Assembly: GCA_041476585.1 (NCBI GenBank)
Contig: JBGOTT010000003.1
Coordinates: 1 to 38,068 of the forward strand
Source: Gammaproteobacteria bacterium
GTDB taxonomy: Bacteria; Pseudomonadota; Gammaproteobacteria; Burkholderiales; SG8-39
Reading direction: 5' to 3'
DNA: 38,068 nt
The notes under the pieces were generated by a model, which saw only the letters and a program-made list of their open reading frames with translations, did not search any database and was not told the origin of the DNA. The number at the start of each line of letters is the position of its first letter. Positions within the stretch are counted from its first letter, which is position 1. A program made the position numbers and the translations under genes. Shown one piece after another: positions 1 to 8,942 of this stretch.

Positions 1-849
1 ACGCGCTGGACGAGTTGGGCGGTGCACCTCGCCGGCGCTTTCGAGGCGTACAAAGGAATCGACGCGCCGAAAAAACTGCTCCTTATGGAAACGGAGTCGC
101 GGCTGGGGCCGTTGCGCCCGTGGGCCGACCACCAGGACCTGATCCTGCGCTGGAACGACCATTGGTTGAAGGGCAATGACACGGGCTTCATGGACGAGCC
201 GCCGATCCGGCTGCTTATCAAAGGCAAAAATGAGTATCGCGACGAGCAGGAGTGGCCGCTCGCGCGTACCAAATGGACAAAGATGTACCTCGGACCGAAT
301 GGGACACTTTCGCTCTCACGAACGGATTCGGAGGGCTCGGGTTCATTCAAAAACGATCCCGACCTACCACCCAACCAACATGCACCGGGAATTACCTTCA
401 CATCCGCGCCGTTTGACGAAGCGACGGAAATGACCGGCCCGGTAGCGCTGTACCTGCATGCGCGCCTCGATCAACCGGACGCGACCTGGATCGTCACGGT
501 GCGAGATGTGGCGCCAGACGGTACGTCACGTACGGTGACCAAGGGATGGCTGCGCGCGTCGCAGCGCGAACTCGATGTGGAGAAATCGCGGCCGTACCAG
601 CCTTATCAGAAACACACGCGCCGGGAGACGCTGGAGCCGGGCCGAAGCTATGAATTCGCAATTGAAATCCGCGAAACGTCTAACGTCTTCCTGTCTGGTC
701 ATCGTATAGCGCTCGACGTCAAGGGGCAGGACACAACCGCAGAAGATCCCATCTGGGTGCATACGTGCAACGCGATCCCGACCACGCACACTGTGCAATT
801 CGGCGGAAGACTTGATTCCCACCTGCTGCTGCCGGTAATTCCCGGCTGA
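1..849 (+). CDS. CocE/NonD-family (PepX-like) serine hydrolase, C-terminal part; 5' end lies outside the window
   Basis: Frame is open from base 1. Motifs ILRWNDHWLKG, EQEWPLART, EMTGPVALYL, VTKGWLRASQR and GHRIAL are typical of the CocE/NonD C-terminal domain. Confidence 0.85.
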   Translation, partial: TRWTSWAVHLAGAFEAYKGIDAPKKLLLMETESRLGPLRPWADHQDLILRWNDHWLKGNDTGFMDEPPIRLLIKGKNEYRDEQEWPLARTKWTKMYLGPNGTLSLSRTDSEGSGSFKNDPDLPPNQHAPGITFTSAPFDEATEMTGPVALYLHARLDQPDATWIVTVRDVAPDGTSRTVTKGWLRASQRELDVEKSRPYQPYQKHTRRETLEPGRSYEFAIEIRETSNVFLSGHRIALDVKGQDTTAEDPIWVHTCNAIPTTHTVQFGGRLDSHLLLPVIPG

Positions 850-860
850 GGAGAACATTC

Positions 861-1823
861 ATGTTCTCGCTCGTACGTTGGCTCACGATGATCGCCGTGG
901 TTGTGTGCTCGACAGCGGCCGCGGAGGATTATCCGAATAGGCCGATTCGCTTCGTTGTCCCGTTCCCGCCGGGCGGATCGGCGGATATCCTCGCGCGCAC
1001 GGTGGGAGACAAGCTTGCGACCGCATTGAGGCAGTCCGTAGTCGTCGAGAACAAGCCTGGCGCCGGTGGAATCGTCGGCGCGGAAGCGGTGGCGAAATCC
1101 GCGCCGGACGGTTATACGCTGCTCTTTGCCAACACCAATATCGCCATCAATCCGAGCCTGTACGGGTCGCTGCCGTATGACACGGCAAAGGCCTTCTTGC
1201 CGGTGATCCAATTGGTCTCGGTACCCAATCTGCTGCTGGTCGCCGAGGATGTCCCGGCAAACAGCGTGGCGGACCTGATCGCGCTCGCCATAGCGAAGCC
1301 GGGAACGCTGAACTACGCCTCCGCGGGCAACGGCACCTTCCCCCACCTGGCAATTGAACTGTTCAAGCTGCAAGCGGGAGTCTCCCTGGTGCACGTTCCT
1401 TATAAGGGCGCGGCGCCTGCGTTGAACGCCTTGCTCGCCAAGGAGGTGCAGGTGCTGTCGAACGACCTTCTGAATGCGCTGCCCCTCGTTAAGGCAGGCA
1501 AGATCAAGGCGCTCGCGATCACTGGCACTGTGCGGTCAGCTGCGATCCCCGAAATACCGACCATGGCCGAAGCGGGCCTGAAAAATTATGCGGCGGTGGG
1601 TTGGCAGGGCGTCATGGTGCCGGCGGGTACCCCCCCGGCAATAGTTGCGCGGCTGAACTCGGAGATCAATAAAGCGCTCAAGGATACCGGCCTGAGAGAC
1701 CGCCTCACCGCGCAAGGCCTGGAAGTTGTGGGAGGGACGGCGCATCAGTTCGCGAAGTTCGTCCGACGAGACACCGAGCGCTGGCGCAGCGCCGTCGAAG
1801 CCTCCGGCGCAAAGATCGATTGA
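861..1823 (+). CDS. Bug/TctC tripartite tricarboxylate transporter substrate-binding protein
   Basis: Signal peptide, YPNRPIRFVVPFPPGG, VENKPGAGG, APDGYTLL, HVPYKG; AGGAG RBS. Confidence 0.95.
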   Translation: MFSLVRWLTMIAVVVCSTAAAEDYPNRPIRFVVPFPPGGSADILARTVGDKLATALRQSVVVENKPGAGGIVGAEAVAKSAPDGYTLLFANTNIAINPSLYGSLPYDTAKAFLPVIQLVSVPNLLLVAEDVPANSVADLIALAIAKPGTLNYASAGNGTFPHLAIELFKLQAGVSLVHVPYKGAAPALNALLAKEVQVLSNDLLNALPLVKAGKIKALAITGTVRSAAIPEIPTMAEAGLKNYAAVGWQGVMVPAGTPPAIVARLNSEINKALKDTGLRDRLTAQGLEVVGGTAHQFAKFVRRDTERWRSAVEASGAKID

Positions 1824-1888
1824 ACTAAAGTGATCCGTTTTTTGATTGGAAACCGAAAGCGTAACGACTATGAGACCGCGAGTTGATG

Positions 1889-2018
1889 TGACCTGCCCCT
1901 GAGTGTCGTGCCTGATAAAAGTGTGACGATTCGGACGCGATCGGCACTGAATTCGGGGACCGCTCAGAGAGCGGGCTCTACTAATTTCGATTTGGCACTG
2001 CCATCGGGGGACAGATCA
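1889..2018. mobile_element. Cluster of three IS3-family-like terminal inverted repeats (MITE-like scar, no transposase)
   Basis: TGACCTGCCCCTGAGTGTCGTGCC (+, 1889-1912); TGAGCGGTCCCCGAATTCAGTGCC (-, 1943-1966); TGATCTGTCCCCCGATGGCAGTGCC (-, 1994-2018). All share TGA...CCCC...GTGCC. Confidence 0.55.
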
Positions 2019-2059
2019 CAGGTGCTGGACATGCCCGGCTAATCCAAAGGAGTTCGACA

Positions 2060-3025
2060 GTGAAGCGAAGAAACTATTTGACATTCACGGCAGTTGCGCT
2101 GCTCGGCCTCTCATCGGTCGCGTTGGCGCAGCCGTATCCCGCGAAACCGATCCGGATGGTGGTGCCGTTCGCCCCGGGCGGACCGACCGATTTGTACGCC
2201 CGCTCCGTGGGCCAGGAGCTGAGCAAACTACTGGGCCAACCGGTCATCGTCGACAACCGGTCGGGGGCAGGCGGAAATCTGGGAGCAGACATCATTGCGA
2301 AGTCCGCCCCCGACGGCTACAGCATCGTGCTCGGCACGGTCGGCGCCTTCGCCGTCAACATGACGCTGTACCCCAAGATGCCTTACGACGTGCTGCGCGA
2401 CTTCGCGCCGGTATCACTGGTCGCGATCGTCCCGATGATGCTGGTCGTGCATCCCAACGTGCCGGTCAAAACCCCGAAGGACCTGGTCGAGCTGGCGAAG
2501 GCGAAGCCCGGGCAGCTCACTTACGGCTCCGCGGGCAGCGGTACCTCGATCCACATGGCCTCGGAAATGTTCAAGGCCATGACGGGCGTGGACATGGTGC
2601 ACATTCCATACAAGGGCACGGCGCCGGCGATGACGGATCTCATCGGCGGGCAGCTGCAGCTCATGTTCTCGGATGCAACCTCGGCGATCCCGCAAGCGAA
2701 ATCGGGCAAGGTCCGCGCCGTCGCGGTGACCAAGCGGGTCGAGGCGATGCCCGATGTCCCGACCTTCGCCGAGACCGGATTTCCGAACTACGACCCGAGC
2801 TTCTGGGTCGGCATCTTCGCGCCGGCCGGCACGCCGCGCGACATCGTCCTCAGGCTCAACGGCGCCATCGCGAAGTCGCTGCAGGCCCCCGAGGTAAGGG
2901 AGCGGTTCATCAGCCAGGGCGCACAACCGGTCAGCAACACGCCGGAGGAATTCACCGAGTTCGTCCGTGCCGAGATCGCGAAGTGGGCGAAGGTGGTGAA
3001 GGCGTCGGGAGCGAAGGTGGATTGA
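2060..3025 (+). CDS. Bug/TctC substrate-binding protein
   Basis: YPAKPIRMVVPFAPGG, VDNRSGAGG, APDGY, HIPYKG, C-terminal KWAKVVKASGAKVD; AAGGAG RBS before GTG. Confidence 0.95.
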   Translation: MKRRNYLTFTAVALLGLSSVALAQPYPAKPIRMVVPFAPGGPTDLYARSVGQELSKLLGQPVIVDNRSGAGGNLGADIIAKSAPDGYSIVLGTVGAFAVNMTLYPKMPYDVLRDFAPVSLVAIVPMMLVVHPNVPVKTPKDLVELAKAKPGQLTYGSAGSGTSIHMASEMFKAMTGVDMVHIPYKGTAPAMTDLIGGQLQLMFSDATSAIPQAKSGKVRAVAVTKRVEAMPDVPTFAETGFPNYDPSFWVGIFAPAGTPRDIVLRLNGAIAKSLQAPEVRERFISQGAQPVSNTPEEFTEFVRAEIAKWAKVVKASGAKVD

Positions 3026-3225
3026 GGCAAACGCTCAATCGCCGAGCACGCGCCTAAATTGCTGCACGCATTCGCCCTGCCTAGACACGGCGGAGCTGGG
3101 CGATCTCAAGGGACCGGAATTCTCTACCAATAGCCGGTCCTAATACGGGGATGAGGTCAAGGCGAGCGCCGCAACCAGCGCAAAAACCGCGGTACGAAGC
3201 ATGAGACGTTTCTTTTAGGGGCCCG

Positions 3226-4002
3226 CTAACGACCTTTGAACACTGGCTTGCGCTTCTCCTTGAAAGCCAGTTGCGCTTCTTTCGCGTCCTCAGTCTTGGC
3301 AATGGCTGCAGTCATGTCCTGCTCGTAGCGGTAACCATCGCGAAGGCTCATTTCTTCGATGACGTTCAAGGTGTGCTTGATCATGCGGGTCGATACCGGG
3401 CTCTTGGACGCGATCGTCTGCGCGAGTTCCATTGCAGCCGGCATCAGTTCCTCGGGCGCGGTGCAGGCTTCAATTACCCCTAGTCGGTAGAGCTCAGCTG
3501 CTGGGGAACGGTAGCCCGTCAGCATCATGCGGCGCAGCCGCGAGTGGCTGAAGAGGCGCATGGCGTGACGCCCACCGCCCAGGAGTCCGACGTCCACTTC
3601 GGGGGCGCCCATGACCGCGTTTTCAGATGCGATAAGAATGTCTGCGGAGGCAACGATGGCCAGCCCCGCACCAAGCGCCGACCCGTTGATTGCCGCAATT
3701 ACCGGCTTGGCACACTCTCTGATAGCGTGGAAGCACTCCCTCGTACGACGCGAGTGCGCCATCAGATCGCCGGGGCCCTTGATGATTTCTGCGCGGCCCT
3801 TTAGATCGGCGCCGGCGCAGAAATGCTTGCCCGCGCCGGTGAGCACGACCACCCGGATTTCATCCGTTTCCGAAATGCGGTCCAGCGCACGGGTCAACTC
3901 GTCGTTGAGAATGCGGGTCAGCGCGTTCACGGGCGGGCTGTCCATGATCAGAACTGCAACATTCCCATCAATCTTGACTTGCAGTTGTCTCAAATCGTCC
4001 AT
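3226..4002 (-). CDS. Enoyl-CoA hydratase/isomerase (crotonase) family protein
   Basis: PPVNAL, FCAGADL, KPVIAAINGSALGAG, PEVDVGL, C-terminal AFKEKRKPVFKGR. Confidence 0.93.
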   Translation of the reverse strand: MDDLRQLQVKIDGNVAVLIMDSPPVNALTRILNDELTRALDRISETDEIRVVVLTGAGKHFCAGADLKGRAEIIKGPGDLMAHSRRTRECFHAIRECAKPVIAAINGSALGAGLAIVASADILIASENAVMGAPEVDVGLLGGGRHAMRLFSHSRLRRMMLTGYRSPAAELYRLGVIEACTAPEELMPAAMELAQTIASKSPVSTRMIKHTLNVIEEMSLRDGYRYEQDMTAAIAKTEDAKEAQLAFKEKRKPVFKGR

Positions 4003-4023
4003 GAGTGGCTCGGTAATTATCGT

Positions 4024-5244
4024 TTAGACAATGCCGCGTTCCCGCATTGCGGCGATCTGCGACTGATTTAGGCCAAGTTCATGCAACACCTGGTCGGTGT
4101 GCTCGCCGAGCAGGGGAGGCGGATTGCTGAACTCAAGCGGCGCATTGGTATATCGGATTGGGCTGACGACCTGTGGAACTGTCCCTGCCGTCGGGTGGCG
4201 CAGGTGACGAAGCATCTCGCGGGCCTTGACCTGGGGATCCTCGAATACCTCTGGAATCGAGTTGATCGGGCTGCACGGAACCCCCGCTTTGCCCAATTGC
4301 TCGACCCATTGGGAGCGCGGCTTCCGCAAGAACGCATGGTCGATGAGCGGTAGCAACGTCGACTGATTCGCCACGCGCGCGGGGTTGGTTGCGTAAAGCG
4401 GGTTGGTGGCGAGGTCCGGTATGCCGAGGACGGCACATAGCTTCTCGAACTGGCCGTCGTTGCCCACCACGAGGACAATATCGCCGTCCGCGCATTTGAA
4501 CACTTTTTGCGGCTGGATATTCGGATGCGCGTTGCCGGTTCGCTTCGGTACCCGTCCGGCGAGCAGGTAGTTCATCGCCTGATTCGACAGAAGGCCGACC
4601 TGGACATCAAGCATCGCTATGTCGATGTACTCGCCGCGCCCGGAGACCGCTCGTCCGGCCAGCGCACCCAGAATCGCGGTCGCCGCATACACGCCCGTGA
4701 CGAGGTCGATGATCGGGATGCCAACTTTTTGCGGGCCGCCTCCAGGGCAGTCGTCACGCTCTCCCGTCACACTCATCAGACCACCCATCGCCTGAATCTG
4801 AAAATCGTAGGCAGGGAATCCGCGCTTAGGGCCGTTCTGGCCGAATCCCGTGATGGAGCAGTAGATGAGACTGGGGTTAAGTGCGCTTAACGCTTTGTAT
4901 CCGAGCCCATAGCGCGCCAACGTTCCCACCTTGAAATTCTCAAGCACGATATCGGACTTGGCAGCGAGATTTCGAACTACCTCCTGCCCCTCGGGAGTGT
5001 CGATACGCAGCGTAACGGATCGTTTTCCTCGATTCGCTGCCAGGTAGTAGCCAGCTTGCTTCGTTTCCTTTCCCTGCGAATCCTTCAGAAAAGGGGGTCC
5101 CCAGGCTCGGGTGTCATCGCCCGATCCCGGACGCTCGACCTTGATGACCTCGGCGCCCAAGTCGGCGAGGATCTGGCTCGCCCAAGGTCCGGCAAGGACG
5201 CGGCTTAGATCGAGAACCTTGATATGCGAAAGTGGACCGGCCAC
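4024..5244 (-). CDS. CaiB/BaiF family III CoA-transferase
   Basis: VLDLSRVLAGPWASQILADLGAEVIKVE, NRGKRS, ENFKVG, SITGFGQNGP, PPLLGEHT. Start moved to the GTG at 5244 (GGAGGA RBS upstream), which removes the overlap with the TetR gene. Confidence 0.93.
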   Translation of the reverse strand: MAGPLSHIKVLDLSRVLAGPWASQILADLGAEVIKVERPGSGDDTRAWGPPFLKDSQGKETKQAGYYLAANRGKRSVTLRIDTPEGQEVVRNLAAKSDIVLENFKVGTLARYGLGYKALSALNPSLIYCSITGFGQNGPKRGFPAYDFQIQAMGGLMSVTGERDDCPGGGPQKVGIPIIDLVTGVYAATAILGALAGRAVSGRGEYIDIAMLDVQVGLLSNQAMNYLLAGRVPKRTGNAHPNIQPQKVFKCADGDIVLVVGNDGQFEKLCAVLGIPDLATNPLYATNPARVANQSTLLPLIDHAFLRKPRSQWVEQLGKAGVPCSPINSIPEVFEDPQVKAREMLRHLRHPTAGTVPQVVSPIRYTNAPLEFSNPPPLLGEHTDQVLHELGLNQSQIAAMRERGIV

Positions 5245-5263
5245 GGGAAAATCCTCCGGCAGA

Positions 5264-5956
5264 TCAAGCGGCAGATCGAATGCCTGAAAGAAGCAAGTCG
5301 AAATATTCGTCAGCAAAGTCGGTGGCGTGCTTGCCACCTCCACGGCGAAACCACCGCACCATCCAGTTCAGGCAGGACAAGATGGCGCGTCCACAGGTGA
5401 CGACATCAATGGGCCGGAACTCGTTGGAGGCGATTCCTTCTCGAAGAATCTGCCGCAGGTTGCCCTCGTGTTTGTCCCGCCACTTTAGCGCAACACGCCG
5501 GTCCTCGGGGAGCAAAAGATTGCGGTAACCGAGCTGCGCCGACACATACTCGAAATAGTGGTCTTCAAAATAACCGCTGTGGCTGCGCATGTATGCGCGC
5601 AATTTGCCCTCTGCAGTCGCCGCAGCCGCGACGTCGCGCTCTGCAATCTCACAAAGATCGCGTAGCACCGTCAATACGATTCCGGCGTAAATCGCATCTT
5701 TGTCGCGGAAGTAGTGATATAGCGCCGGCTTCGACAGGGCGCAGCCGGCACCGATCTCGTTGATGGAAGTGTTCTCGAATCCCTTGCGGGCGAATAACTC
5801 GGCTGCGCAGGCCAGTATTTGCCGCTCTTTGTCGACTCTTTGGGCCGGATCGGACCTTCGACCCGACCTACCGCGGCCCTTGCTCGCATTGGTGGGGCGA
5901 TGGCGTGCGGATAGCGCCGGAGCATCTGAGGGGGTGCGCTCGATCTCGTCGGTCAT
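5264..5956 (-). CDS. TetR/AcrR family regulator (PaaR/KstR2-like C-terminus)
   Basis: HTH ILACAAELFARKGFENTSINEIGAGCALSKPALYHYFRDKD; C-terminal LNWMVRWFR. Confidence 0.92.
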   Translation of the reverse strand: MTDEIERTPSDAPALSARHRPTNASKGRGRSGRRSDPAQRVDKERQILACAAELFARKGFENTSINEIGAGCALSKPALYHYFRDKDAIYAGIVLTVLRDLCEIAERDVAAAATAEGKLRAYMRSHSGYFEDHYFEYVSAQLGYRNLLLPEDRRVALKWRDKHEGNLRQILREGIASNEFRPIDVVTCGRAILSCLNWMVRWFRRGGGKHATDFADEYFDLLLSGIRSAA

Positions 5957-5988
5957 TGTTGTTCCCTTCTGAGCCGGTAGCCCTCATG

Positions 5989-6017
5989 TTGACAACAGTT
6001 GCAATGATATGTATGTT
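5989..6017 (+). promoter_or_regulatory. Sigma70-type promoter
   Basis: TTGACA (5989-5994), 17 bp spacer, TATGTT (6012-6017), just upstream of the operator pair. Confidence 0.55.
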
Positions 6018-6030
6018 GCGCCTTGTTGTC

Positions 6031-6070
6031 TACCGACCGGTCGGTATATTAATATACCGACCGGTCGGGA
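6031..6070. promoter_or_regulatory. Tandem palindromic operator, probably bound by the adjacent TetR
   Basis: TACCGACCGGTCGGTA-TATTAATA-TACCGACCGGTCGGGA; 6033-6068 is a perfect 36-bp palindrome in the divergent intergenic region. Confidence 0.8.
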
Positions 6071-6121
6071 TCACGTTTTGAATTTGGGAGCAGGCAGGCT
6101 GCTCGCACAGGGAGGCGTGAA

Positions 6122-6260
6122 GTGGAGAAAAAAGTCGAGTTTGTAAGCAAGGGGTGCAAGCTGCGCGGTGTGCTGCGTTTGCCCGCGGCGCAGGGCCCGC
6201 ACCCCCTGCTCGTGATGGCGGGCGGCTGGTGCTATGTCAAGGAAATCGTCATGCCTACCG
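6122..6260 (+). pseudogene. N-terminal fragment of an alpha/beta hydrolase
   Basis: GGAGG RBS and GTG start. KVEFVSKGCKLRGVLRLP...PHPLLVMAGGWCYVKEIVMP is a typical hydrolase N-terminus; the frame stops looking like protein after about codon 46. Confidence 0.7.
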
Positions 6261-6261
6261 C

Positions 6262-6789
6262 GCCTACCCGTCCCTGCTCTACGCCGCGACGGTTGGCCGG
6301 TCGACATCGGCTAGCGAGTTTCCCGCGCAGAGGGCGATCGCGGAAAGTTGCCGCCCGGACGACTTCGGATACCGGGCCAGGGTCGCCCGCGGTGCCACAT
6401 TGCACCACTGCGAATGGCTCGCGGCGAACGAAGTCCGCGCAAAGGTACGGCGCGCGTGGCACGAGTTTTTTGGCCGCATCGACGTTTTGGTCGCGCCCAT
6501 CGCGGCGACCACCGCGTTCGCACACGATCACAATCCGGTCCGCGACGAACGAACGCTGCAAGTCAACGGCAAGGCGGTCGCGTATACAGACCAGATGTTC
6601 CGGGCGGGTCTGCCGACGTTCTCCTTTCTGCCGGCCACTGCGGCTCCCATCGGACTGGCGCGGGACACGTTACCGGTGGGAATTCAGATCATCGGACCTG
6701 AATGCGGTGATTTGACGACGATAGAGTTTGCCCGTCTTCTGGCCGCCGAAATCGGTGGTTTCACCGCCCCGCCGCAATACGCTGCATGA
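6262..6789 (+). pseudogene. C-terminal fragment of an amidase-signature family enzyme
   Basis: WHEFFGRIDVLVAP...AFAHDH...LPATAAPIGL...LPVGIQIIGP...DLTTIEFARLL...GGFTAPP. The GGSSGG signature region is missing. Confidence 0.8.
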
Positions 6790-6816
6790 CGCAATCTCGC
6801 TGAAAAGGAGCGAAAG

Positions 6817-8052
6817 ATGAACGCAAACTCGAAGCGCTCGATCAACCTACTCTGCGGCATGGCGGCTTTCCTGCTGTGTGCCCCTTTGCTCGCCCAGCCG
6901 CTGACCGTCAAGGTCGGCGTCGTGCTGCCTTTCTCGGGACCAGGCGGCGACACGGTGGAACGCGAGGAACAGGCGATGCGGCTTTACATGAAACTCCACG
7001 GCAAGGAGCTTGGCGGCACCAGGATCGAGTTGATCAAGCGCGACTCGAAGGAGCCGAGCGGAGCCACCACGCGCGAACTTGTCCGGGAACTCATCTTCCG
7101 GGACAACGTCGACATTCTTCTCGCGGGGCAATTCTCCCCCGATGCAATCGCGGCGGCGCCCGTCGTCACCCAGGCGAAGAAGCTCCTCATTCTTGTGAAC
7201 GCACAGGCCTCTTTCATCACCAATCTGTCTCCATATATCGTGCGCGTTTCCGCGGCGAGTTGGCAGATCGCCTACCCGATGGGTCGGTACGCGATCGAGA
7301 AGCCGGGCTGCAAGAAGACCGTGGTCGGATACATCGATTACGCACCCGGGCGCGACGTGCTGGCGGCCTTCAAGAGCGGCTACGAAAAGGCGGGCGGCAC
7401 CCTTGCCGACGCCATCCCCATGGGCGGGCCAACCGGAGTTCCCGATTTCACTCCCTACCTGCGGCGCATCCGTGACCAGAGCCCGGATTGCATGTACATC
7501 TTCACGCCCGGAGGGCCGTTTACCCTAGCGCTCGCGCGGACGTACCACGAATTGAGAATGGCCGAGACCGGGGTCAAGTTTCTCGGCACCGGCGATGCCA
7601 CGCAGGATTCGATCCTTGCGCAGTACGGTGAGCAGGCGCTGGGCTGGATGTCCGGCGGCCAGTACACGGCGGACCTGGATACGCCGGAGAACAAGAAGTT
7701 CGTCGCCGCCTGGCAGGCGGAGTACGGCAAGGATTCGGTCCCGGACTACTTCACGGTCCACGGCTACGACGCGATGGCTGCCGTGTTTCACGTGGTCAAG
7801 ACTCTCAACGGCAAGATCGACGCGGATAAGGCCGTCGCTGCGCTCAAGGGCTGGAAGCACAACAGCCCCCGCGGCCCGATCTGGATCGACCCGGCGACGC
7901 GGGACGTCGTCCAGAACATCTATGTGCAGAAAGTGGTGAAGATGAACGGCCGGTACGGCATCGAGGTGCTCGACACCATCCCCGCGGTAAGAGATCCGTG
8001 CAAAGAGCTGGCCATCGGCCAGTGCGCAACCGCGGCCAGCAAGACGAAATAG
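6817..8052 (+). CDS. Liv/HAAT-type ABC transporter substrate-binding protein
   Basis: Signal peptide, VKVGVVLPFSG, DYAPGRD, DFTPYL, SPRGPIWIDPATRDVVQNIY. Confidence 0.92.
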   Translation: MNANSKRSINLLCGMAAFLLCAPLLAQPLTVKVGVVLPFSGPGGDTVEREEQAMRLYMKLHGKELGGTRIELIKRDSKEPSGATTRELVRELIFRDNVDILLAGQFSPDAIAAAPVVTQAKKLLILVNAQASFITNLSPYIVRVSAASWQIAYPMGRYAIEKPGCKKTVVGYIDYAPGRDVLAAFKSGYEKAGGTLADAIPMGGPTGVPDFTPYLRRIRDQSPDCMYIFTPGGPFTLALARTYHELRMAETGVKFLGTGDATQDSILAQYGEQALGWMSGGQYTADLDTPENKKFVAAWQAEYGKDSVPDYFTVHGYDAMAAVFHVVKTLNGKIDADKAVAALKGWKHNSPRGPIWIDPATRDVVQNIYVQKVVKMNGRYGIEVLDTIPAVRDPCKELAIGQCATAASKTK

Positions 8053-8087
8053 ATCGTTCTTCAACTCAAATCGCATCGGGCTAGCTT

Positions 8088-8942
8088 TTGGCTCTGAGCA
8101 TCTTCTTCGATGGGATCGCGTACGCGATGATTCTTTTCGTCCTCGCCGTCGGCCTGTCGATCACGATGGGGCTCATGGGAGTGATCAACCTTGCCCATGG
8201 AGCTTTCGCGATGGCCGGCGGCTATCTCGCGGTCGTGCTGATCAATCGCCTTGCGGTGCCCTTCGTGCCTGCTCTGCTCCTCGCGGTTGCCCTGGTCGCG
8301 GTGCTGAGCGTGCCATTCGAGCGAATGCTCTACGCCGCGATCTACGGGCGTGGGGAGCTCGACCAGGTGCTGATGACCATCGGGTTGACGCTCATGAGCA
8401 TGGCGGTCGCGACCTATCTTTTCGGTCCGGGCCCCGTTACCTTGAAACTGCCGGGGGCCTTAGATGGCACGGTCCCTGCGTTTGGCCGGGAGTTCCCCTC
8501 CTACCGCGCGTTCATCGTCGGTGTCGGGGCGGCCGTTTTCGCCGCTCTCTGGTTCAGCTTCGAACGCACGGTGCTGGGCGCGAAAATCCGGGCTGCCGTC
8601 GACAATCGCGCGATGGCCGAGGCGGCCGGGATCAACACCGCCCGCCTTTTCACGCTTACATTCGCTCTGGGCTGCGGCTTGGCCGCGCTCGGGGGCGCAT
8701 TGGCTGTCAACGTCGTGGGCCTGACGCCGCGCTTTGCTATCCAATACCTGGTGGTAGTGCTTGCCGTAGTGGCGGTGGGCGGCCTCGGCACCATCGGTGG
8801 CACCATGGCCGCCGCTCTGGTGATAGGTGTGGCGGACGTGGCCGCCCGGTACTTTTTCCCCGGCGCCAGCGCCTTCCTGATCTACGCCCCGCTTCTTCTC
8901 GTCATGCTGCTCCGCCCGCGAGGTCTGCTTGGAAAGGTCTGA
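8088..8942 (+). CDS. Liv-type ABC permease (LivH-like)
   Basis: GLSITMGLMGVINLAHGAFAM, GAKIRAAVDN, LRPRGLLG. TTG start is uncertain. Confidence 0.92.
   Translation: MALSIFFDGIAYAMILFVLAVGLSITMGLMGVINLAHGAFAMAGGYLAVVLINRLAVPFVPALLLAVALVAVLSVPFERMLYAAIYGRGELDQVLMTIGLTLMSMAVATYLFGPGPVTLKLPGALDGTVPAFGREFPSYRAFIVGVGAAVFAALWFSFERTVLGAKIRAAVDNRAMAEAAGINTARLFTLTFALGCGLAALGGALAVNVVGLTPRFAIQYLVVVLAVVAVGGLGTIGGTMAAALVIGVADVAARYFFPGASAFLIYAPLLLVMLLRPRGLLGKV

Noticed and set aside
5245-5343. Extended start of the CoA-transferase overlapping tetR
   Set aside because: The GTG at 5244 has a GGAGGA RBS and matches the family N-terminus.
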